Counted from the whole stretch's first letter, positions 22,945-36,630 are shown. The stretch is DNA of 64,000 nucleotides, filler included, from Circinaria calcarea (GCA_051942165.1; 19 parts of 19 records of this genome joined end to end with filler, not necessarily neighbours in it), one strand, 5' to 3'. Numbers and translations are program-made. Notes: generated from the letters alone by a model not told the origin.

Positions 22945-23654
22945 ATGCGATACCTCTTGTCTTTCCTGTTCCTTACGTTCTTTACTATAATAAGGGCGCT
23001 AAGTAGCACTGGCAATCGTCTGCTGGTGGTGATTGAAGAGACCTCAGAAAAGGAGAAGTATTCACAGTTTTGGGGAGACCTTGAAGGTGCGCCTTGAACA
23101 AGTGGTTCCTGAAAACGTGGGAGCACTAGCTGATAATTGATTGGTTGACGCAGGACGAGGATTCAAGCTCACCTTCGAATCACCCAAGAATGACAAGCTT
23201 GCGTTGCTTAGGTATGGCGAGCGGGCTTACGACCATGTGATCCTCTTTCCTCCCAAGTCCAAAGGTGCGATTTTAACGATAGCTACATGTCAAATCGTGT
23301 GTTGATTGGTCTATAGGTCTTGGGCCCTCATTGACACCGAAACTCCTACTCGAATTCATTCAGAAGAGTGGGAACATCCTCTTGACCCTCTCTGGCGAGT
23401 CACACACTCCAAGCGCAATTTCCTCTCTCCTTCTCGAGCTAGATATACACCTTCCCCAAGACCGTACCTCCTTAGTCGTTGATCATTTCAACTTTGACAC
23501 ACTTTCCGCCAGCGAGAAACATGATGTTCTCCTTCTACCTCGACCAACCCCCCTCCGCCCAGATATTAGGAACTTTTTCGGTGGAGGCGGTACAATCGCA
23601 TTTCCTCGAGGGGTGGCGCAGGAGCTTGGAAATGCGAGCCCCCTCTTAACGCCC
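22945..23654 (+). CDS. WBP1: Oligosaccharyltransferase subunit Wbp1/OST48 (2 introns, 3' truncated)
   Basis: Signal peptide MRYLLSFLFLTFFTIIRALSSTGNRLLVVIEE...YSQFWGDLE, RYGERAYDHVILFPPKSKGLGPSLTP, LVVDHFNFD, IAFPRGVAQELGNASPLL. Confidence 0.92.
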
Positions 23655-25621
23655 NNNNNNNNNNNNNNNNNNNNNNNNNNNNNNNNNNNNNNNNNNNNTT
23701 AATTAATTAANNNNNNNNNNNNNNNNNNNNNNNNNNNNNNNNNNNNNNNNNNNNCACTGCCCTGTGTATGTTCATCTCCTTATCCTTAGCTGCCTAGAGT
23801 ATGCACCGCTCCTCCAATCTTAGCCTAGAACACAGAGCATGGTATACTCGTAGAGCAGGGAAGGTTTTCGAGACTATCATAAAAGGGACCAACACCTCTC
23901 TTTAGGATTTTTGCTACCGTCCTCGTCCATAGGCAGAGAAGCGTTTAGGCAGTCTCACTGATAATTCCTTCAGGCCAAGCCATTGACCATCGGAGGCACG
24001 CCTATCGAAGCAAATGATGGTAGCACGTAGCTATAAGCTGCGTAGGCTTCTCAAACAGGGGCGAGCACTTTCGCACTATGAGCAATGGTATTGGTCACTT
24101 GACATGCGGTACTGCAGGCTCGTAGCCTGGTTGAAGAGAGATTCGAGTAAGACTGGAGATGCAAGATGTTTCCCAACTATCCGGTTGAAGGGTTATAGTT
24201 TTCAAGACTTCGATCCTAGCAATCCTTGCTGCGTTGCGGTGCCTGATAGAGTGCACTCGTTGTTTGCAGTGGTGCCACTCTTCCCCCAGCCGTCAGAACC
24301 AACTGGGGCTTGCGGATGTCTGCCAAGGATGGCTTCAGAGCGTGGCCGTAGTGTTCCCTATATGCAAAGGCTTCAGCAAGTCGCATTAATCCTACTCGAG
24401 ACGGCTTCAGATAATGCCAGGCTGTTGTATATAACAACGAGCCTCCGCCAGTGCCTTCAGCCACACGTATGGTATAACCCTTTCATCTCTCGCTGCGTCC
24501 GACGACTTTGGTTTCTCGAGGGCACTGATCGAGTTGGGAAAAACCTTCCATATGAAGTCAGGTTGAGGCGAGGACCTCGAATGCACACCGCTGGGTAGGA
24601 GATGGCCATGTTGCAACCGACTCGTCAATGATACCCCTATCTCGACTCTGCTCCCTGGGGTTTCAGCTCCCTAAGGTGAGTACTCCCTAAACTGTACTGT
24701 AGCTCTAATAGAGCTCCTGTGAGAACGCAAGGTGTTCACATCCTGGTGAAAGCTCTGATCAGCTACAAAGGACGCTAGTGGGAGGCTCGGTTATAAGACC
24801 CTAAACAGTCGCACAGAGATCTCTATCTCTCTTCTTCATTACCTTCCACATTCATAGAGGTAACGCGAGATCTGGTCCTTCAGCATCATCTTGTGTTAAT
24901 GGCTTGTAGAAGTCTGACAACTTCAAGCCCCGGTATAGGGCTTCAAGCCCGGTATAGGACGTTGCAGTCTGAACAGATCCCTTATTCAAGCCTCTCCTCT
25001 TCAGTCACACCCCAATGGTGCAGTCATCAGGTTGCCAGACTGTGCTCCTTTCATAGCTTATATCTGAGGTAAGTAAGCTGCTTCTGTTATCATCATTTCA
25101 TAAAGGGAGATGGTCTGCTCACTGATGGTAATGTCTAGTCTCGAGAACCGACGGTCGCAATCCATCTCATAATAACAGAACGTCTGATATTTCGACCATA
25201 TCAAATACAACACAAAGATAGGCAGAGGGCTTGCAGAAGCCAACACCTCAAGGAGTGAGTGGGATTATCTCAGCCTCGTCTCCTCTCATCTCCTCGCAAA
25301 TTTCTTCCCCAGCTTCCCTCATCCCTTGCACCATCTTAAACAGTCCTCCATTCCTCTCTGCATCATTTTCATCTCATCTACTATCTCATATTTCATCTTA
25401 TGTCAAGCCTCGTCTTTGTCTCCATCGTATTTGGACTCGTCTTGCGCTCAGTAGCACAATCTAATGAATTTTTCCCTTGCACATCCTAGGAAGCCATAGT
25501 ATGCTACTTCTTCAACAGGCTTGTCACTCAGCCTTCCTCTCCTTACATACATTCTTCACTTGCCACGAGTCTTGACTATTGGATACTGATGTTATCTTTC
25601 CCCAGCTCCGCAAATTCAGAA

Positions 25622-27043
25622 ATGGCTGAACCATCTCTGTCTGGGAAGCACATAATTGGCGGTCAAATATCTAACACATCCCAGAGCTCGAATGAAAGGG
25701 AGAGCAACCTAGGTAAATTCCAACCATCCGGTCCTTTGCAATCAGTACTCATATATGAATAGGAGGCGAGCTGGCTGTCACACAAGGACCTACCGGTTTA
25801 GAGATGGATCCGAACCAGGTTGGATCCTCTCGATGTTGTTTATCTCCTTCATGTAAGCTGACTTTCGCTTAGATCAGCCATGTTTCAGTAGACAGCCAGC
25901 ATGGAGGCGTCAATATCAAGCAGTCTGCCGATGAAGCTCATGCCAGGGATGCCGGTAAACCGATCTCTAGTCGTCATTCTCCTGTCCCAGGTCGTTTTAC
26001 AAATCCTCATCGACCCGTTCCTGAATATTCCTCACAGCCCATCTTGGACCCAACGGGTCCAGCTGTTAAGACTCCTCAGCTGTACCATGACCCGCAGATG
26101 ATGAGCCTTCGCGAAATCACTAATCAGCATACCCATTTGCATGATATAAATCACCCGCTAAAATGTGAAAGCAGCTTTGGAGCAGCTTGCGAAGGAAATC
26201 AACCACGAGAAGAAGCTTCCATTGACCCAAGGGACAGGTCCTTATTTGATCAACGCTGGATAAACCACCCTGAACAGATGTGGGACACTGGAACGAGACG
26301 TAGTTCAAGCATGACGATTTCTCCACAGGCTACATCGGCAGACGAGGATAATATATTTCGCCACACCTTAATTAGCCGAGCTGAAAGAGTCAGGTAAGAT
26401 AGAAACGCGTTATGAATGCCAGTCATTGCACTAATGTATGTGTAAGGTATTTTGAGTCTCTCACAGCAAGAGCATGGGCGAGAAATCAGCGTAAACGGGA
26501 AAACCTTGCTGTTGTCGGATCCGCAAAAGAGAACGACAGCATTGCTAGACCTCTGTCAAGCTCTCAAAGAGACTCAGGAATAAATGACCTTGTGCCGAGT
26601 CTTTCTGAGCAACGCCTCGATGATAATTCGTACAGTGCTGGCACTCCATGGACCAATGGTCGGGATAGTAGGCGATTAAGGGCTAGTGATCAGAGCCTAG
26701 TGGATTCACGGGGTGATATAGGGCTAGCACATGGAGATTTGGAGCCGAACATTGAGGAAACTTCACACAACCCTAGAGGTACCACAGACAATCTTGCAGG
26801 CATCACAGACAAGCTTGCAGGCATCGCAGACAACATTGAGAGTACCACAGACAATCTTGAATGTGTCAGAGACTACCTTGGACGCACCACAGATAGTTCG
26901 GCAGGCATTGCAGACGGTTTTAACAGCACCACAGCTGGAAGACGTGACACGATGGCTTTCCCAACATCTTCCAAGCAAGTCTTAGACGAACTCTTCCAGA
27001 ATGTGGGACGTAAGTCTGTTGGACTGTCATTGGACGCTATTCG
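25622..27043 (+). CDS. Hypothetical multi-exon protein with 7-aa tandem repeats (3' truncated)
   Basis: Successive ORFs 26044-26397 and 26412-27043 with GTAA donors between them; start and exon structure uncertain. Confidence 0.4.
26781..26934 (+). repeat. 21-bp in-frame minisatellite, about 7 degenerate units (ACCACAGACAATCTTGCAGGC)
   Basis: Encodes TTDNLAG/ITDKLAG/IADNIES/TTDNLEC/VRDYLGR/TTDSSAG/IADGFNS. Confidence 0.85.
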
Positions 27044-30000
27044 NNNNNNNNNNNNNNNNNNNNNNNNNNNNNNNNNNNNNNNNNNNNTTAATTAATTAAN
27101 NNNNNNNNNNNNNNNNNNNNNNNNNNNNNNNNNNNNNNNNNNNGCACATGCCTTCCTATTCCTATTCCTTTTCCTTTTCCTTTCGCTGCCGCCGGCAGGC
27201 CTCCTGCTCCGGAGGGGCTTTCGCAGGCGGTCTTCCGGCTCCTCGCTCGTAGCTGATCTGATCTCTCGAGTTTTTAAAATGGAACATAGGGGGAATGAGG
27301 ATGGGATGGGATGGGGACTCAGCGACGCAATAAGGCGAAGGGGAAAAAAGGTGGGGGGAGGGGAAAAAGAGCGCTATGTGAAGCGGTTCAAAAATATCTT
27401 GTGAAAAAAAGGTCTTGCAGGGTTAGAGGTGAGAAAATATTGCTCACGTCCTTTTTTTTTTCTTCCCTCCACATATAAAGGGGAGGGGAGGGGTGGTTGT
27501 TGCGATGTTTTTTCCTTCTTTTTATTCTCTAGTTAAGTCGACACTTTCCACCCTCCAACCCTCCGTTTCCCTTTTTCGCTTTTTACTTCTTTACCCCCCC
27601 CTTTTTTGGGCTTCTCTTCCAAACCAGTGTTTTCTAGAATAAGTCCAGCCCCCGTGGCGCGAACACTGACTTATTTTTGCGTTGCGTTTCGTGTGCGTTG
27701 CGTTTGCGTTTGCCCGTAACCACAACCGTTTTGCTCTTTTTTTATTTTATTATCTCTTCACCCTTTGCCAAATGATGCCCAGTTTCGCTTGCACACCCAC
27801 CCACCGTGGCACCGTGCAGACCATGCTGCCCGCATTAGGAAATACCGTTCTGGGGGATAATCAGGTCCACGGTTTTGGGGTTCGGGGGTGTCATGCTCTA
27901 TGCTTAAGGGGGGTGGGCGATACCTCGCTTTACTTGGGCGTTCTTGGGCGTAGAGTGAAAACCCTTTTTCACTCGCACACTTCTTCGTTACCACATACCT
28001 GAGCCTTGGGATACTTTTTTCAAGTAAAAGTACTCTAGGGGCCTCACTCACAGTACGTTATGGTGTAATTTATCTATCATCATCCCGCCTGCTTCGGGCT
28101 CTTTTATACTGAAAAGTCGTCGATAACTCCCCATGTCGAGGAGCCACGCACCTTTGCAAGAACTGTTCTTGAAATAACCTGCTCCCAAAATTGCGTGGTC
28201 GTATATATATACGTCTTCAATTTCCGATCGCCTTCCGCAGAGGTTGCTAGTTATGGCCGAGACCAATGTCCAGATTATACCGAGGAGGTGCTAAGCGGCA
28301 GGTTTTTTTGGTTCTCCAAATAACAACTTCGACGTTTGTCTTTCGAAATTGATCACAATTTTTCTTCTACCTAATATATGTTTTAGCGCTGAAATGCAAA
28401 TACCAAATATTTACTCTACGAATTGGACGAAATAAGCAGAAGGCCCATGGTATGTTTTTTTGCCACGATGTTTCGTTTTCGCCTCTGCCTTGCCCAGTCT
28501 CTCCCTCGAATCGGGTATGTAGACGAATGGGACACTTTCGCTGATGATAAGGCGTACGTCGGTGGGATTCAGGTCCCATGTTCGCCAAGTAAAAACATCT
28601 TGGATAATTTTTGACCTAATCTTGCTGCTCCACTGTGGAAAGCATAGTATGTTGTGGGTGTTATGCGAAAGCCATGCATAGCCATAGCCGTGGGGACTGT
28701 GTTTTTAATCCGCGGTTTGAAGTTAAGGAGATAAGGTTGACTTCGCATTGGAGAGGGCTGGGATCTCCTATGTACACCCCTCGGGGGTATTGGAAATGAC
28801 GACATTCCAGAATTTTAGCACCACTTTTGTTATCATAAGTGGGGGTATTTTTCTTTTCTTCTCGGCAGGGCGATAGCCAAGTACGAGAGCTGACTGGAAG
28901 TGCATAGCTTGGAATATAGGGAGGTGAATGGTAAATTTCACAAACGTAGCAAGGTCCAAACGAATAATGAGAAGCGTTAGCAGGGAGGAGAGGAGGCGGG
29001 AAGTTTGCAAGGCTGATGATCGCGAAACAGAGAGTGATGATTTCAGTGTGACTATGACGAGACTAGATCTAGATCTCATGAATGGGTTTTACTTCTCGTC
29101 ACGATCCCAAGCTGAGGGTTTCGTGAGCTTCGAAGTAGATGTTATGGGAAGGAGCAGGCGGGCCTGCGGGGCTATATAGCCCCAGAATAGTCAGTTATAG
29201 AATCAATCAATTCTATTCCTTGATCCACACTCTGCCGTGACAGTAGACCAATCTATGATAGCTTTCTTTTTGGTACGTGGCGATAGCTTGAATGATTAAA
29301 AGTAGGGTTAATGTATTATTTCTAGATACGTATGAAGCTATGCAGTTATGTGATGACTAAAGGCATAAGGCCAACATAAGTTCAACAGGGGCAATAGGTG
29401 GAGAAGGGCGTATCTAGCCAATCCATGAGGATGAGAGGTAGTTGGAGATAGACCTGAACTTGGCCCTAGATAAGATAGTTTTTGCCAGGCGCTGGTGGAT
29501 AAAACCAAGAGAGGATTTATCATACAAGATATTGAATGATACCAACAAAAACGAACATGGCCAAGACATGTCAGGTTCAGCTTCTTCTTGATCACAACAA
29601 CAAATACAGACCTTCTCAGCATTTAACGAGCCTGGACCCGAAAAATATCCGCAAAGCCGTGACAATGGCAACATCTTACCCTGATGCAAAGTCAGTTACC
29701 TATGTTGACTTAGCAGCAGCTTCTTTTAATAACTGTGAATAATGGGTGTGTGAAATAGTATAATTTGGTCAACATTATCTGCGGAACGGATGTCTTTGCT
29801 TTTGTATCCCCTAGCCAGGAAATAAATTTGGATAGCTAGTAGGTCTAAAACTGGTTTTGTACGATAGTAAAGAATCATGATAGGTGAAGCTTGTGTTGCA
29901 CCTCTTCATCACAGTTTGAGATAGTGGACGGCATGTTGAGGAAACTTAAGTTTTCAATCAATTAACTGCCGCTGCGGCTGGAGATAGCTTCAGAATACCT

Positions 30001-30531
30001 CTTGAGAGATTGCCCAAGGCTTATACTCTGTGTATTGCATTAACATGAATAGACGACGATGATAAGTGATCTCAACTATTAGCTGGCATATCACTACCGT
30101 TCGCCGAGTATCGCGAGAGATCTGACATAAGACGAAAGTGGGGAATGGGTACTGGGGGAGATGAATAGGTAATTGCAATTCTAGAGGTGCACTCTCAGAA
30201 AAAGGAAATTCTCCGATCTTGTGAGATAACTCAGGCTAGGTAAAAAGATCATTAAGTACAGGATCAGAATCATCAAACACCAAGATATCTCGCCCGTATC
30301 TGTGCTCTACTCCAATGGAACTCAGGAGACAGCTCTTCAGAAGGCGGATTCATAGATTGTTCTGCGGCAAACTAAGCTTCTACCTCCTCGCTCAAAGGGT
30401 CACCGAGGGTGAGAACGAGGAAGCCTTGATGNNNNNNNNNNNNNNNNNNNNNNNNNNNNNNNNNNNNNNNNNNNNTTAATTAATTAANNNNNNNNNNNNN
30501 NNNNNNNNNNNNNNNNNNNNNNNNNNNNNNN

Positions 30532-31220
30532 CTTACAAGTGTAGCAATATACTTCTATTGTCACTTATTACTTGCCAAGTGATTGGTATAGAACCCGTGC
30601 GCGTATTACAGAGCCCCTGCCTTATACCAGTGACTAGCATTGCCTTTGCCTAAGAAGCTTAGGGACGTAACATCAGAATCCTTCTTTTTTTCCTCCTCTT
30701 TTTCCTCCTCTTTTTCATATTGATTGCGTTGATTCAATGGCTTCTGATTGAATTGTTTCAGGAATGCATTTCGATTCGTGTTTTTAACAATAATATCGAA
30801 ATGCGCAGTGGTAATAAAGAGACGGAAGAGCTTATAAGGGGTGTAAGCCTTGCCGATGTCTGGTAGTAAAGCTTTCGCAGGGCGTTCGTACACAGTAAAT
30901 AGCTTGTAGATGGATGATGAAGGAGGCACGTTGTTTTTAAGGTCTTCGAAAGTCCTTTTCTTCTTATTCTTCTTTAGTGGCACGTCTTCCACACCAGGAA
31001 CCTCTTATTCGTTAATATTTCTGGTTATAGTAGTAGCAAATACGTATTAAATTACAGCCAATCAACGCTTGTAAAATAGTACACGCATGCATGCATATAA
31101 TCAACGCAGCAAGTAGGCAATAAGTAGCATACATTTTATGATGCATTGCTCGCTAAACCCCCTGACCCCCCCCCTACTAGTATGGCGTGCACGGTCCATC
31201 CTGTCTAACGGACGGTTTAA
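30532..31220 (-). mobile_element. piggyBac-type transposase remnant (N-terminal region)
   Basis: ORF 30606-30992 has TPYKLFRLFITTAHFDIIVKNTNRNA, resembling the start of the piggyBac DDE_Tnp_1_7 domain, and ends in a premature stop. Candidate TTAA termini at 31217-31220 or 31590-31593. Confidence 0.65.
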
Positions 31221-32337
31221 GGGATAGCACCTTATCGCGATTTCGCTGTTATTATGATTCACGCGTTTTCATACGGAGTATGCGCTCGTTCATGTATTGC
31301 GATCTTATATTACAACTTCATGTACAAAGCCTGCCATAAAACACGCTCAAGTAATAAATAAATAATAATCGTGAAAGGCGATTTCTACCTTTGGTGTAAT
31401 TTGGATTTTATTTAGCCTTTCACCGCCGCGACAGTAGGAAAGCGCATCCAGATACGGCGACGGCGATAGCGAGGTCAATCAGGCCAATCGGAGGGCGTAG
31501 ATATAATAGCCAGGGGAGTTGGCAGGGTGTATTTCAGTAAGACGCCCAATTACTAGGATAAAGACGGTTCAGCTGTGCAATTACATGGGTTAACAGGGGG
31601 TATTTTGGAAACTTGCCGTAACAAAAATCTGCGAAACTCCTCAATTCTTTGATGCACCTTTGATGCACTAGCTAGGACCCAAAGTTAAGCGAGATAACGC
31701 CAAGGGCTTCGAACCGGAAACTTTATTATTTCGAGGCCGAATGAGCAAAAGGGCGTCCTTACCGAGAGTAAACGATCTAACCTCGGCGGACCCCTCCCAC
31801 AAAGACTTACCGGTCATCAAACATCATAAAATTCAAGCATATCAAAGGTTGGAGGACGAGAAATCTCGATCGTTAACTCTATATGTAAATGAGGTAGGTA
31901 GGTTGGTAGTTTTTACACAAAACCACGGGTGTCCTCCAGCCGTGCAAACGACTTCTGCTCACCGCCTCTATTCACATCAAACGTGACACGCAACTTCTCA
32001 CCCTCACCAGCCCCAAAACCCCACCAAAAAAAAACCCCCCCTTTTCGCCATCCACCGAACCTGAACCTGCAAAAACACGCAACTTCCCCCCTAACCAAAA
32101 AGAAAAACCCACCCTCCTCTCCCTACCCACACCGTGCCGGATTCTCTCCAGAGCCTAGATAGGTTTTAGGTTTATCCCGGGGGGGTAGAAAAGAAAAAGA
32201 AAGGGGAAAAGGACTGCCGATATTACCCCCGTCGTGGATATTTTCGCACATCAACCCCTTTAAAAGACTGACAAGATAGATAGATCCACACACGCACAAC
32301 CACCAATCCCGATACCCAAAACACCCAACCGCCGGTT

Positions 32338-32341
<4 letters not shown>

Positions 32342-32377
<36 letters not shown>
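32342..32377. repeat. (CT)18 microsatellite
   Basis: Directly visible, within a homopolymer-rich intergenic region. Confidence 0.95.
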
Positions 32378-32380
<3 letters not shown>

Positions 32381-33353
32381 ACACAGTAGGCAAAGTACCG
32401 AACGGGTCCGCCGCCCCCTCGAAATCTGGCTTTTTTAAATATTAAATCCGATGGAATGTAAATGTCCAAAGAAAAGAAACCTGGAAATAAGCAGACCAGG
32501 ACTCAGGAGGGGGCTACCTACCTACCCACCCACCGACCCCTATCCTCAAAAAACATCACTCTTGCTCAAATTTTTCCCCTTCTTCCCCTCCCCCTCTTTG
32601 GGCAAATCGAACTGCTAGATTTTTTTTTGGCAAAGTGTTTGTATAGATGGAGTTTTTGGTCCCAAAAAAAAAAAGGAGAAAAAAAAGAAACCCCCCGGGG
32701 GACTGATAATATATCTATACCCGGCGATAACCAGTATAAGTAAATGAATGATTTCGCTTGATGTTTTGTGGGAAACGTGGTTGCTATCATCAGTGGGGGC
32801 AAAAGCTAGCAATCTCTCTTTTTTTGTCCTTGTGGCCGAGCAACATAAAAATGGTTCTATATTTACAAGTTTCTCTCTCTTCCCTTTCCAGCAAACCACC
32901 AAATCTCGCAAATCCCTTCCTTCCTCTTTTCTTTTTCCCCTTTTCCCCTTTCCTTCTTCCCCCCCTCCAAAATGCCTCGACAAACTGAAAGAATCTATCG
33001 GATACATACATACACAGAGCCCACAAGAAAGTGGGTTGAATATTCCAAGGGGGTATATAAAACCACAATCCGTTAAGAAAACCAGAGTCCCCCCCCCCCC
33101 CTTCCGAGCTCAGCGTGGATGTAAGAATATGTCGTTTGCCGTACGGGCTAGATATTCCCCCAAAACATATGCAGATGCAGCGCTAATGGTATACAAACAA
33201 ACAAACCAAAAAAAAGAAAAATAACCAGGGAAATTTTCCGGCTGGTGCTATCGTTAACAGAAGTGAATTTGCATATCAACGCCTCGATAGCTTTAGCCAC
33301 GAATTGGGGTAGGAGATTCGAGTTGTGTGGTAGATGAAAAGTGTCGTCGCTGG

Positions 33354-33817
33354 TTAGATGGGCAGAAATCTCATCAGACTACCCGCTTTCTCGCTTTCGG
33401 CTGCAATCTGAGTTTCCAATGACCGCGTTTGCCGCATTGCTTCGTCCCTATATTCAAAGTTTCAAAGTCAGCCTCTGTCTCTTTAGAAAAGGAGAACAGG
33501 GGTGAACATACCTCGCAGACTGCAGCTCCATGACCTCAATCTGAGCCATGTTCATCCTCTGTACAACCTCGTGCATCTCCCTATCCGCATCCGTCAGCGC
33601 CTTTTCCAGCTCCGCAACCCTTCGCTCGAGGAACTCTGTCTTTAGAGCCTCGTTCATCGACATGCCGATACCGCTAGTCGTCTTTTCCAATCGCGGTGAC
33701 CGCGGACCGTAGAAGAGAGGCGAACGTGGGCTTCGAGGGGAGAGCCTTGCGCTCGAGTTGGGGTATAATGAAAGCGTAGGTGATCGAAGTAATCCACCTT
33801 TCAACCGTTGCAGCTGC
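33354..33817 (-). CDS. Coiled-coil protein, last two exons (5' truncated)
   Basis: ...EFLERRVAELEKALTDADREMHEVVQRMNMAQIEVMELQSAR, GTATGT...TAG intron, then DEAMRQTRSLETQIAAESEKAGSLMRFLPI*. Confidence 0.75.
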
Positions 33818-33917
33818 NNNNNNNNNNNNNNNNNNNNNNNNNNNNNNNNNNNNNNNNNNNNTTAATTAATTAANNNNNNNNNNNNNNNNNNNNNNNNNNN
33901 NNNNNNNNNNNNNNNNN

Positions 33918-35238
33918 ATTGATCCCCGCCGGATAGAAAACATAATCAACAAGCTCGTTTCTTTTGGCACACGTCACACGCTTTCCTCCCAAACAGATCC
34001 TAGACGTGGTATTGGCGCCGCCAGAGACTGGATCGCAGCTGAGATGCGGTCGTTTGCGAAACCGAGTAATGGCCGAATGACGGTTGAAGTACAGACGTAT
34101 CTCCAGCAAGCGGAAGGCAGGATTCTGTTCCCAGTGAACATTAGCAATATCATAGCGACACTGAAAGGGAGCGATCCCACTTCAAACCGGTTCTATGTCA
34201 TTTCAGGTCATTATGATTCAAGGGTTACGGACATCAACAATTATAAGGATGATGCCCCAGGGGCCGATGATGAGTATGATATTCCCTTTTTGAAGCAGGC
34301 TTATTAGGTTTGACTGTCAGGCCGTTTACTGACATATTTTAAACTGTAGTGGTTCCGGTGTGGCCATCTCAATGGAGATTGCAAGAATCTTAGCAACGTA
34401 CAAACCTGCGTCGACGATTGTCCTCGCAGCTGTTGCCGGCGAAGAACAAAGCTTGTACGGCAGCAGGTTCATGGCGCAAACATACAAGAACGCCTCGGTA
34501 AATGTGGAAGGAATGTATACAAATGACATAGTGGGAGCATCGCGTGGCGACGACGGAACTTACGACCCCTACACAATCCGTATCTTTGCCCAAGGTCCCC
34601 CCACAACAGAAACTCCCGCGATCAAGGCCCAAAGACTCTCCATCGGTGGCGAAAACGACTCGCCCGCCCGCGAACTCGCGCGCTTCACCGCCGAGGTCGC
34701 CAGCAACAGCTATACGCAGATGAACATTCCCATCATCTACCGCGCCGACCGCTTCCTCCGTGGCGGCGACCACTCTTCCTTCCTCGCTGCTGGCTATCCG
34801 GCCGCCCGCTTCACGGAGCCAATGGAAGACTTTAAGCACCAACACCAAGACGTCGTCGTCCGTGACGGCGTCCAGTACGGCGACCTCCCCCAATTCGTCG
34901 ATTTCGAGTACGTCGCCCGCGTCGGCAAAGTCAACGCGGCCGCGCTGTGGAGCCTTGCCAACGCGCCCGGGACTCCGGCCGGGGTGACGGTCAATACGAC
35001 GGCGCTGAGCAACCAGAGCCAGTTTTCGTGGCGTCGGAGCAACGAGAGTAATGTGGCGGGGTATGAGATTGTCTGGCGGCCGACGAGTGCGCCGTTATGG
35101 ACGCATGCGATTGCGGTCGGGAATGTGAATACGGCAACGGTGGAGGTGTCGAAGGATAATGTGAATTTTGGGGTCCGGGCGGTGGGGAAGAATGGGTATA
35201 GGAGTCCGGCGGCTTATCCGTTTCCGGGGACGGGGTGA
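33918..35238 (+). CDS. M28-family Zn metallopeptidase with C-terminal fibronectin-III-like domain (5' truncated, one intron ~34273-34349)
   Basis: [77 protein letters not shown]. Confidence 0.93.
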
Positions 35239-35839
35239 GTGAGGGGCAGGATGGGAGTGGGGTTGGTGACTGGAGGGACAGGTAAGGTAGTTTGAATGGT
35301 ATGTATAAGTGAAGGGAGTGGGTTATATATATATATATTGGAGTCTCAAACGATTAAAACGGATCGGATAAACATAAGTTGACAATACACGAATGGCCTT
35401 ACTAGATCTTTTAAGGTAGAATACCGAGAACCTCAATCCTGGTCGAGCATGTCGTTGGGGAGGTTATAAATAGGTTAGAGGGATGGACTGTTGGGTTTTT
35501 GAATAGAATAATTTTGAACCGAGTAAACCTAACATTTGTGCTTACCTTGCCATTTGTTGACAGAGTGACACAATAGCTGATTTGGTAAAAGACAAGTGCT
35601 AGGCTTCATACGGTGGCGGTACATCCTAGTGAAAGATATCTGTTCAGATTATTACAAAGAAGAGCTCACAGGCGCCTTCATCTACAGTAATCACACCATG
35701 CTACTTGTCTTACCTCCTCCGAGCTCTTCTACCAAATCACCCCCCCCAAAATGCCTCCTTTAAAACTCGCCAGATCAAACCCCCAACTTTCCCAGATTGT
35801 CTCAACTCGCAGCAGAAAAATCCACCAACATCCGCTTTA

Positions 35840-36082
35840 TCACCGAATCACGCCATCTTCCCCCTTCCTTCCCCCTCTCCGTCTCGTCCTCCCAAAGAAT
35901 CTTCCCCAGAAGTTTACCTTTTCAGCCGCAGGATCGGTCCCCCCCGCTGCATCTCGTTCGGTTTTCTGCCTGGCTTTTTCCGCGAGTTTTTTCTCTTTCT
36001 CCTCGGCTTTCATGTGCTTCTCCATGCGTTGGGCCAGGATGACATCGTCGTTGGTGCCGGCGGGATTGTACATGGCGCTCAT
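35840..36082 (-). CDS. Small hypothetical charged protein (80 aa)
   Basis: ACCATG start, MSAMYNPAGTNDDVILAQRMEKHMKAEEKEKKL...; codon-like composition, pyrimidine-rich leader. Confidence 0.5.
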   Translation of the reverse strand: MSAMYNPAGTNDDVILAQRMEKHMKAEEKEKKLAEKARQKTERDAAGGTDPAAEKVNFWGRFFGRTRRRGGRKGEDGVIR

Positions 36083-36630
36083 GGTTGAGGGTTGGGTGGA
36101 GTAGAGAAGGAGGGTGGTAAGGGGTTTTTGTGTATGGGTTCTGTACGTTGATGTATAGTATGTGTGTTTTGCTGTCAAGGAATGTAAGATGTGAAAAAGT
36201 TAATCACGCAGTACGGGTATAAGCACTGCCAGAACCAAAGAGGGCTTTCAGGAGCTGGTTAGAGCGGCAAATTCTCAGAGTGTGAGAGAGGCGGAGCAGT
36301 GCTGATGAAGTTAGCTGTATCGTAGTACATGACGAGGCTGTGTAAATGCAGGAGATAGCTAGAAGCTCCTCATTATTGTTGAGGAGCTTCTGCTTTCAGG
36401 TGAAACTATGACTATCTTACGTAGTCAGGCGGAGAGAATTCATACCAGAGAACTGCCCGCCAATACGTTAAATCAAGGGAGTATTCCGTACTTCGTAGTA
36501 CCACAGCAAGAAAGGCCCTCTGCAGTGACGTAAACCTAAGGTGAGCTCTATTCTCGGTCATTCCTCCGCAGTAGCCATCCGCGCCCTGCCAAGCCAACCG
36601 CTAGCGCCGTCTGCCCGTTGCGAAATGTCC

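Noticed and set aside
23755..24650. ORF 24014-24598 and possible minus-strand gene relic
   Set aside because: No recognisable motif; many stops on the other strand; cannot assign.
24920..24958. Two tandem copies of CTTCAAGCCC(C)GGTATAGG
   Set aside because: Simple local duplication with no further context.
27144..30431. Short ORFs and the palindrome GGGGCTATATAGCCCC (~29168) as genes or a Helitron end
   Set aside because: No protein motifs and no CTRR terminus at the expected distance.
34390..34893. Long antisense ORFs (also 1878-2534, 15889-16578, 37331-38176, 55454-55921)
   Set aside because: Shadow frames of real genes on the opposite strand.
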